This document shows, piece by piece, positions 56,886 to 64,000 of a stretch of DNA of 64,000 bases. The position numbers and the translations under genes are program-made. This DNA is from Candidatus Altimarinota bacterium. Lineage in GTDB: Bacteria; Patescibacteriota; Gracilibacteria; CAIRYL01. Location: assembly GCA_965250085.1 (NCBI GenBank), contig OZ252287.1:416001-480000 (forward strand), written 5' to 3'. The notes under the pieces were generated by a model. That model did not search any database and was not told the DNA's origin. It was given only the letters and a program-made list of their open reading frames with translations. Within the stretch, counting starts at the first letter, position 1, and each line of letters starts with the position of its first letter.

Positions 56886-58565
56886 CTAACATGACACCGC
56901 CTGCCCAGTATCTGCATCAATAATATTTCCCGCCGCGTCATACATAGAGTTCCCATCTGCATCGATCTTGTGAGTCCCGCTAATGCTTCCGCCTTCTGGA
57001 CAAATGATTAAATAGGGAGGACCGATGCGGATCATCATAGCTCCCTCTCCTCCTTCGCACGGACATTTCTCCAGTTCTTTTTCAATGTCTGCCATTTCTT
57101 CTTGGAGTTCCTCGAGATCCTCTTTGAGCTTACGAATTTTTTCCCGCAATTTGGATGAAGACTCACGTGTCTTCCAAAACTCTTTGAGGGCGTCTGTCAT
57201 TCGTTCTGCAGCAGCTTCATCTGGACAGAAAAACTCTCGGTCTTGACTGCTCACTTTTCCGGTAGATTGTCCGTCTTGCACATCTCCGCCAGGGTTTTGA
57301 CCGGGATCACATCCGGCTTCGGCAATAAGTGCATCCAGATCAGTATTGAGCTCATCCTCACCACCTTCCGCATTTGCCAGCTCTTGTTCAGCGGCAGTAA
57401 CCTCACCTTCCAATATCACTTCCTCAGCCTGAAGTTCAATAAATTTCTGCCCGAGTCCAAAGCAATCAGGACATTCATCTCCCGATACCTTCTCTTCCTT
57501 TTTCTCTTTTTTCTTTTCGTCATCATCACCATCTCCGTCTCCATCTCCATCCCCGTCCCCGTCACCTGATGGCGCCGGTTTGCACTCCATCTCTCGTATA
57601 AGCCGAAAATCCGTATCATCACCCACAAACATTCCGGTCTTTTTGGTAATTTTGATCGGCGCTTGATCTGGCTCTTCAAGACGAATACCTGAGCTCGGTC
57701 TATCAGTTGTCATTTCAGCTTTGACACCTATGATGATTTCATGAACAAATTTTACTTTCCCGGGTTTCACGCAGGTAAATTGCCCGACATAAACATGTTT
57801 GTTTTTTGCAGGATCAGATATCAACCCATTGGGTCCAAGTGGTGGAGCAGATACATCTGTCTTTTTGGGAGCTGATGCGATCTCATCGGGACTCACGATT
57901 CCGTTGGGAAAGGCAGTAAGCTCCCCCTTAATATTCCATGGATCAGGCCGTGAAATCGTGACACGAGTGGTTCCCTGTACATCGGGACCAAAGGTCACAT
58001 TTGGTCCTCCTACTATTTCAATTATCTGAGTAGTTTGGGTTTTGGTGGTGGTGGTAGTTACGTCAAATTGCTCTCCTATAAGCGCTTCGGCTGGGTGGAT
58101 CATTTCGGCTTCAAAGGTATCTTCTGTGATGATCAATCGACTAAAGTGTGACATCTCTCCTCGTATTACCACTTCTTTCCCTGATGCATCGGGTTCTACC
58201 GCCACACTCACTTTTTCCAACACCCCATTTGAGAGATGATATACCGCTGGAACCGCATTTGGATTAGGAAGTGTAGTAGTCACAGCAAATTCTGCCGGCT
58301 GAGAAAAAGTGAGTCCATTTGGCTCAAAATTATAAATGGCGAGAGCCGGTACGTCATTGAGTGTCACGGTGAGATCTTGATCTGCACGAGAAATAGAAAC
58401 ATCTTCCATTCTCACATCTTCCGGGAGAATCTTCTCCTCCATATTCAGTTTCACCTGATGGTCATCAGAGAGGATCGTATTTCCTGTTTTTCGCATCGAC
58501 ATCACTCCAAAAATAAGAGCGATAAGCACTACAAGACCAACAATAACAAGAAGTATTTTTTTCAT
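56886..58565 (-). CDS. Membrane-anchored protein with ZU5-like domain (HFS motif), GD repeat and Cys-capped coiled coil
   Basis: N-terminal TM; YNFEPNGLTFSQPA...GEMSHFS; GDGDGDGDGDGDGDDD; CPDC, coiled coil, CPC. Confidence 0.72.
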   Translation of the reverse strand: MKKILLVIVGLVVLIALIFGVMSMRKTGNTILSDDHQVKLNMEEKILPEDVRMEDVSISRADQDLTVTLNDVPALAIYNFEPNGLTFSQPAEFAVTTTLPNPNAVPAVYHLSNGVLEKVSVAVEPDASGKEVVIRGEMSHFSRLIITEDTFEAEMIHPAEALIGEQFDVTTTTTKTQTTQIIEIVGGPNVTFGPDVQGTTRVTISRPDPWNIKGELTAFPNGIVSPDEIASAPKKTDVSAPPLGPNGLISDPAKNKHVYVGQFTCVKPGKVKFVHEIIIGVKAEMTTDRPSSGIRLEEPDQAPIKITKKTGMFVGDDTDFRLIREMECKPAPSGDGDGDGDGDGDGDDDEKKKEKKEEKVSGDECPDCFGLGQKFIELQAEEVILEGEVTAAEQELANAEGGEDELNTDLDALIAEAGCDPGQNPGGDVQDGQSTGKVSSQDREFFCPDEAAAERMTDALKEFWKTRESSSKLREKIRKLKEDLEELQEEMADIEKELEKCPCEGGEGAMMIRIGPPYLIICPEGGSISGTHKIDADGNSMYDAAGNIIDADTGQAVSC

Positions 58566-58647
58566 AAGGGGAAATAAGAAGCCTATAATGCGCAATTGTC
58601 TCCTCTGTAAGAGAAAATTGCAAATTTTATTTCTCTTTTGGAGCCAA

Positions 58648-58733
58648 TTACCAAGCCGATCCCTTTGTTAACACCGCTACAATAATCATAAGAGATATCA
58701 ATGCATAGAGCGCATTAATCACGAACAGATACG
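58648..58733 (-). pseudogene. 3' fragment of a diverged DUF1761 gene
   Basis: Encodes YLFVINALYALISLMIIVAVLTKGSAW* versus YLFVINALYALVAMMIIVAVLTKGSAW* in 59450-59872. Confidence 0.9.
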
Positions 58734-58941
58734 AGAAGAATATGAAAAAGCAGAGTTTGAAAACTTGCTCCCTTCAGCCCAATAGGAATTCCTCACGGGA
58801 GAAGAAATTATGAACATTCTGGACTTAAAGCCGGGAAAAAAAGTAGGAGAAATAAAATCTGCTTTGAGAGATGCACAGCTGGGAGGTGAAGTAAAAACGA
58901 AGAAAGAAGCGAAAAAGTGGACACAGAAGAGCTTTGGATAA
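58732..58941 (+). pseudogene. 3' fragment of a diverged cca gene
   Basis: EEYEKAEFENLLPSAQ*EFLTGEEIMNILDLKPGKKVGEIKSALRDAQL matches 54828-55017; in-frame TAG at 58783. Confidence 0.92.
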
Positions 58942-58959
58942 AAGCCTTAGTAGAATCTC

Positions 58960-58988
58960 TTGACATATATATATATATAGACTAGTGT
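58960..58988 (+). promoter_or_regulatory. Sigma70-type promoter with (TA)7 spacer
   Basis: TTGACA-TATATATATATATAGAC(17)-TAGTGT upstream of 59016. Confidence 0.55.
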
Positions 58989-59015
58989 AACTCCTCTACT
59001 TTCTATTATATTTTT

Positions 59016-59258
59016 ATGAGAAATCCATCAGAATTACAAGCTGCAGCGACAGCTGCACACGATGCAGGGGATTATGACGTGGTAAGACTCCCAAGCGGAC
59101 CATTGCAAGGAGGAGCAATATCAACGAGAGATTATATTACTCTAGTTGCAAGAGGAAAAGTAGATTGCGTTTTTGGTATGCCTCCCACTTACATTAAATT
59201 TCACGATACAGATCTTGGTGCAGGAATCAGAAAAATGTTTTTGAAAACCGTACGCTAA
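59016..59258 (+). CDS. Small hypothetical protein
   Basis: 80-aa ORF downstream of a promoter-like sequence. Confidence 0.55.
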   Translation: MRNPSELQAAATAAHDAGDYDVVRLPSGPLQGGAISTRDYITLVARGKVDCVFGMPPTYIKFHDTDLGAGIRKMFLKTVR

Positions 59259-59449
59259 AAGGTAAATAGATTGTACTGAATGCAGTCGAAGTATACTTTC
59301 ACTAGCGCGCGTTTGTAACCTTTGTTGGTCCAAGGTTGTACCTTGAACCTTAACGTTTTTTATTGTATCCATCTTAAAAAAAAGGTTTGGAGCTGTATTC
59401 TGAAGCTTTTCTTTACGAACTTTATAAACTTTCTACTTTCAACTCAACT

Positions 59450-59872
59450 TTACCAAGCTGACCCTTTTGTTAACACCGCCACAATAATCATCATCGCCAC
59501 TAATGCGTACAAAGCATTGATTACAAACAAGTATGGAGATTTTTTCTCCCAGAGCACCGCTCCCAAATAAATGGGAGCCTGAATCCCAAGCCAAATCAGA
59601 ACTCCGTAAATAAAGCTCTCCTCTAAAGATGGTGGATTCAAAAATCCAAATATCATTGCCAAGATATATATCGATATGATTTGGACAAGGAGTCCAAAAA
59701 ACAAACCCTTCATCGCTTCTCCGACGCCGGGATTTTCTTTATTCATTCCAGTGAATCTCATCCATTGTTTTCCAAACAAAAGTGGAGAATACCAGATCCA
59801 TCCCAGAAGCATCGTGAGAATCGATGCGATAAGAACACGAACCAAATCAATGTCAGAACTGAGAAAATCCAT
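59450..59872 (-). CDS. DUF1761 family membrane protein
   Basis: LGWIWYSPLLFGKQWM signature; four TM segments; LWEKK..LF.INALY. Confidence 0.9.
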   Translation of the reverse strand: MDFLSSDIDLVRVLIASILTMLLGWIWYSPLLFGKQWMRFTGMNKENPGVGEAMKGLFFGLLVQIISIYILAMIFGFLNPPSLEESFIYGVLIWLGIQAPIYLGAVLWEKKSPYLFVINALYALVAMMIIVAVLTKGSAW

Positions 59873-59932
59873 CGGAAAGAGAAAAAGGGAAACAATGTAA
59901 ATATACTCCTTTTATTTTTAACTCGGAAGAAT

Positions 59933-59966
59933 AAAAAGATCCCCACTCTTGAGAATGGGGATCTTT
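59933..59966 (-). terminator. Rho-independent terminator
   Basis: Minus strand AAAGATCCCCATTC-TCAA-GAGTGGGGATCTTT-TT. Confidence 0.75.
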
Positions 59967-59988
59967 AATTTCACGAAAAGAAAATATT

Positions 59989-61626
59989 TTATATCTTTCC
60001 AAGTTGACTGAGCTTGTAGAGCACTTTTGCCACTTCTCCTCTTGTCACCAATTGTGTGGGATACAAGCTGTTTCCGACAAACAGAGAATTGTCATAAGAG
60101 TACTTCCCGTAGCCAAAATACCACTGGCTGGTATCAGAAGCATCATTATACGATGTCCCTGCCGCTGGCATATCGTCACTTACATTTCGGAGGATCAGGG
60201 CAAGGAATTCAATACGATTGACACTGCGTGCTGGACGATACAACCCCGCATCAGCTCCAGACTGGTATCCAGTAATCATTTCCAGATCGACTCCTCTGCA
60301 GATATATTGTTGTGACCACGCACTTCCCGTGACATCTGGGAATGGATTCCCATCACAGTAATCTTGGTTTTCATCAAAAAGTCCAAATGCTTCGAGTGAT
60401 ATTTTGGCGATTTGATCACGTTGCAAAATTTCACCTGGACCAAATGTCCCGTCTCCATATCCCGTCATAGCACCAATGCTCTGCACATATTCGAGCGCAT
60501 CACAATCAGGATGATCAGCTGGAACATCAGTAAATTCTGCGCATGTATCATCATTTATTAGCTCTGGCTCTGGCTCTTCATCGGAAGCCATGACTTCTAC
60601 TGTCACTTTGTCTTCGTCTGTTCCAGCATCGTTTTCTACCATGACATGAACCGTATATTCACTATTTGGCACGGTGCTTCCTCCAGATTCTTCTCCATCC
60701 CAGACAGCATTTACTGTTCCTGCCGAAGTTGCTTCTGCATCTTTGAGCTTTCGAACTTCAACTTCATTTTCATTGAGGACAGAAATGGTAACATCAGCGT
60801 CATTGCTCAGGTCAAAAGTTACGGTAGTGGTGTCTTGATTCCCATCATCATCTGGTGAAAAAGGGTCTATTGTCATTCCCAAATCAGAAAGAGCAGGAGC
60901 TTCATCGGTAGTAACGGTCACTGTTCCTGTGGCAAGATCATTAGTATTCGCATCTCCTCCACAATATCCAGAATCGGCATACATCCTCCAGTCGTAATCC
61001 CCTTCTGCCGCCGCACCACCCCCCAGATCTCCATTCCAACTGGCAGTATGGTCTCCTGTGTTGAGGGGCCCATAAAACTCAATAAGCTCTCCGTCTACAC
61101 GCAATACAATACAAGCTGGCACTACTGTCTCCAGTGAAAAATCAATTTCATAGTCATTTCCACTGGTAATGGAATAGACTGTGGGGGCGTCATTTACCGT
61201 AATGTTTGATTCTTCCGTCACTTCAAACTCATGCATCAGTACATTGGTATCATTCGCAAACAGATCTGTACCCTGTATACGAAGTTCGTATGTGCCGGGC
61301 AAAGGATATCCTCCGGCAAACATTCCATCCCAACCAAATGTTTTTTGATCATTGGCGATTACCCAGTGACTATCGATTTCAAATTCCATCTCGGTAATAT
61401 GTCCCAGCGGACCTTTTACAAAAAAGTCCATGTCTACATCTTCTCCTTGGATTTCGCTAAGGTCATAGACAACGTCATACATTCCTCCTTCGTACACGTT
61501 GTATTCTGTTGCCGGAGTGGGATTGAAGGTGATCGTTGGCGGCTCTGCGAAGACAAGCGATGAGAAGAGGAAAGATCCAAATAAAAAGAACGCAAAATAC
61601 AAAAAACGAGTCATGTATTGATTCAT
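59989..61626 (-). CDS. Surface protein with three FlgD-Ig-like domains and C-terminal SLH repeats
   Basis: WDG/WNG..G.Y motifs three times, FSPDDDGNQDT; FTDVP...MTGYGDGTFGP...RDQIAK SLH; likely start MNQYMTRF. Confidence 0.85.
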   Translation of the reverse strand: MNQYMTRFLYFAFFLFGSFLFSSLVFAEPPTITFNPTPATEYNVYEGGMYDVVYDLSEIQGEDVDMDFFVKGPLGHITEMEFEIDSHWVIANDQKTFGWDGMFAGGYPLPGTYELRIQGTDLFANDTNVLMHEFEVTEESNITVNDAPTVYSITSGNDYEIDFSLETVVPACIVLRVDGELIEFYGPLNTGDHTASWNGDLGGGAAAEGDYDWRMYADSGYCGGDANTNDLATGTVTVTTDEAPALSDLGMTIDPFSPDDDGNQDTTTVTFDLSNDADVTISVLNENEVEVRKLKDAEATSAGTVNAVWDGEESGGSTVPNSEYTVHVMVENDAGTDEDKVTVEVMASDEEPEPELINDDTCAEFTDVPADHPDCDALEYVQSIGAMTGYGDGTFGPGEILQRDQIAKISLEAFGLFDENQDYCDGNPFPDVTGSAWSQQYICRGVDLEMITGYQSGADAGLYRPARSVNRIEFLALILRNVSDDMPAAGTSYNDASDTSQWYFGYGKYSYDNSLFVGNSLYPTQLVTRGEVAKVLYKLSQLGKI

Positions 61627-61789
61627 GAGAAAACGGGTAAAAGGGAAAATGTGTCTCCAATTTAACTCTCTCTGTCCAGAGAAATCAATAAAAAATACTT
61701 CCGCACCTTTCTCTTTTTTTACAAAGAACTTATCTTGCTCGCAGAAATAAAAAAATGTACAGTTCTCGAGCCTCTTTTTCGTGGCATCA

Positions 61790-64000
61790 ATGGCAAAAAT
61801 GATACGAATGGCGCACGTCGCCAAACATCTTGGCATTCCTTCTCAACAACTCAGAACATTGCTCTCTGAGGTCAATTTTGGCATCAAACCAACAGATCGT
61901 GAAGTGGAAGAAGGTGTCGCTTCTGGCATCGTGCGAGTAGCTTCCCAAAGACTTGGTATCAAATGCGAACCCTTTCCAGTCGAATCAGCAGAAGGATTAG
62001 AAGATGAAGCGCTCCAAGACACTGAGGAAACAGAAGTGTCATCTCAAACCGAAAAGAAAACAGCTCCTTCTGCTCTTTCAAAACTCAGCACTATTGCCGA
62101 AAAATCAAAGGAAGATATTCAAAAGAAGAAACAAGAACAACAAGAATCTCCTAAAAAACCTGGAATTCTCAGAAAAATAGAAATTTCACCTGAAGCGGCT
62201 GCAGAAGCGAAAGAACGAATGAAAGAGCAAGAAGAAGAACGCAGAAGACTGAAAGAAGAAAGAGAGCAAGAATCTCTGGAGCGCAAATTGCAACAAAAGA
62301 AAAAACAAGAACAGATTTTTACAAAAAAAGAAGGAACGGTAGAGCTTCCTGAAATGTTACCCGTAAAAGAGTTTGCAGAAAAAGTTGGTGTTCCCACCTC
62401 ACAGATTTTGAAGTCACTTATCAAAAATGGAGTTATGGCAACTCTCAACACCACTATTGATTTTGAAACTGCCGCTATTATTGCTGAAGAATTTGAAGTT
62501 CAGGTCAGAAAAGGACAAATAGAAGCTTCCTCTGAAAGTCTCTTTTTGGGGAACTTGAAAGAACTCCTCAATGATGAGCCAGAAAACATGACTGAAAGAC
62601 CTCCGGTAATAGTTGTCATGGGGCACGTTGATCACGGAAAAACGAGTATTTTGGATGCTATCCGTAAAACAAAAGTGGTGGAAGGAGAGGCGGGTGGTAT
62701 TACTCAGCACATTGGTGCATATCAGGTAGAAAAAAATAACAGGCTCATTACTTTTCTCGATACTCCCGGACATGAAGCTTTTACTTCAATGCGTGCTCGA
62801 GGTGCCAAAACAGCTGACATTGCTATCCTTGTTGTTGCTGGTGATGAAGGCATCAAACCGCAAACTGTAGAAGCTATTAATCATGCCAAAGATGCAGAAG
62901 TGCCCATTATTGTGGCAATGAACAAAATGGATAAACAAAATGTAAACCCAGATAAGGTAAAAGGAGAACTCGCAGAGCACGAACTTCAGCCAGAAGACTG
63001 GGGTGGAGAGACTCCTGTTATCCCTGTTTCAGCGTATACAGGAAAAGGGATTGAAGATCTTTTAGAAATTGTTGTGTTGCAGGCTGATCTTCTGGAGTTA
63101 AAAGCGAATTCAAATCGATCTGCAGTGGGAACTGTCGTCGAGGCACACTTAGATCCTTCCATGGGACCTGTCGCTACTATCTTAATAAATACCGGGACTC
63201 TCAAGGTAAAAGATACATTTTTGCTGGGGACACTGGGCGGGAGAATTAAAACAATGATTGATGATACTGGTACAAAGCTTTCTGAGGTCCCTCCTTCTGG
63301 AGCAGTGCAAATTTCTGGCATCAGTAAAGTTCCCGAAGCAGGAGATATTTTGCAAGTGTTTGAAAACGAAAAACTCATGAAAGCAAAGCTTTATGAAATA
63401 AAGACACTCCATTTGGAAAACCACGGCATCGGACTTGGAGTTTCTGAAATTATCAATCAATTACAACACGGGGAGATGAAGTTTCTCAAAGTTGTCCTTA
63501 AAGCAGATACAAACGGCTCATTACAAGCAGTTGAGCAGGCCTTAGCAAAAATAAAACATGAAGAAGTCGGAGCTAAAATAATCCATTCAGCGGTGGGGGC
63601 CATTACTGAAACTGATGTCATGATGGCAGCAGCGAGCCAGGGCGTAGTAATTGGATTTAATGTAATTATATCTCCTCGAGTGAAAAGAATTGCTGAAAAA
63701 GAAGGAGTAGAGATTATGAATTACGATATCATTTATAAGCTAACTGAGGACGTGGAAAAAATTCTGACCGGACTCCTGGAACCCGAGGAAATCGAAACGA
63801 TTCATGGCTCAGCAACAGTAAAAGCAGTGTTTTATACTCAGAAAAAAATGATGATTGTTGGATGCTCTGTCGATTCGGGAAAAATAAAACAAAAAGCCAA
63901 AGTTCGTATTTTCCGAAAGGGAGAAGGAGAAAACGAAGAAGGAGAAACCATAGAAATGGAAGTCCAAGCAGGAGAAGGTGTCATTGCATCACTTCAGCAT
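61790..64000 (+). CDS. infB: Translation initiation factor IF-2 (3' end beyond window)
   Basis: Absent from the ORF track because there is no stop in the window; reads [52 protein letters not shown] in frame with ATG 61790. Confidence 0.97.
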   Translation, partial: MAKMIRMAHVAKHLGIPSQQLRTLLSEVNFGIKPTDREVEEGVASGIVRVASQRLGIKCEPFPVESAEGLEDEALQDTEETEVSSQTEKKTAPSALSKLSTIAEKSKEDIQKKKQEQQESPKKPGILRKIEISPEAAAEAKERMKEQEEERRRLKEEREQESLERKLQQKKKQEQIFTKKEGTVELPEMLPVKEFAEKVGVPTSQILKSLIKNGVMATLNTTIDFETAAIIAEEFEVQVRKGQIEASSESLFLGNLKELLNDEPENMTERPPVIVVMGHVDHGKTSILDAIRKTKVVEGEAGGITQHIGAYQVEKNNRLITFLDTPGHEAFTSMRARGAKTADIAILVVAGDEGIKPQTVEAINHAKDAEVPIIVAMNKMDKQNVNPDKVKGELAEHELQPEDWGGETPVIPVSAYTGKGIEDLLEIVVLQADLLELKANSNRSAVGTVVEAHLDPSMGPVATILINTGTLKVKDTFLLGTLGGRIKTMIDDTGTKLSEVPPSGAVQISGISKVPEAGDILQVFENEKLMKAKLYEIKTLHLENHGIGLGVSEIINQLQHGEMKFLKVVLKADTNGSLQAVEQALAKIKHEEVGAKIIHSAVGAITETDVMMAAASQGVVIGFNVIISPRVKRIAEKEGVEIMNYDIIYKLTEDVEKILTGLLEPEEIETIHGSATVKAVFYTQKKMMIVGCSVDSGKIKQKAKVRIFRKGEGENEEGETIEMEVQAGEGVIASLQH

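Noticed and set aside
58648-58941. Duplicated gene ends as a DGR template/variable repeat pair (Avd-like genes are present)
   Set aside because: Differences are not adenine-specific, fall mostly at synonymous positions, involve housekeeping genes, and no reverse transcriptase is in the window
62119-63460. Minus-strand ORFs at the window end
   Set aside because: Shadows of infB, which the ORF track missed because its stop is outside the window

Overview
Bacterial chromosomal segment using the standard code (long ORFs contain no in-frame TGA, and TGA is used as a stop). The gene style (five SLH-domain surface proteins, four-helix-bundle genes, dense intergenic micro-repeats, no outer-membrane partner for the RND pump) suggests a CPR/Patescibacteria organism of the Peregrinibacteria/Gracilibacteria type; this is inference. 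Housekeeping genes (tRNA-Glu, rpsF, rpsR, yebC, pgk, tRNA-Val, clpP, metK, trmD, recR, rnj, cca, infB) are interleaved with accessory DNA. The most notable items are: (1) a 9.5-kb cluster of four signal-peptide-bearing, mosaic, tail-fibre-like paralogs built from shared modules, plus a membrane anchor and an SLH protein, with no phage genes nearby (candidate host-attachment apparatus); (2) four-helix-bundle genes flanked by inverted arrays of 7-9-nt repeats, seen as full, decayed and empty versions; (3) two alleles of the cca-DUF1761 variable slot fused in tandem through a microhomology joint; (4) a tRNA-Glu 5' fragment with nested hairpins in its D-loop; (5) a secreted protein with 51 consecutive Asp; (6) a TrmD-GNAT fusion; (7) a restriction-modification island next to tRNA-Val and two near-identical IS1595-family (IS1016-like) elements. 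No CRISPR array, integrase or reverse transcriptase was seen.
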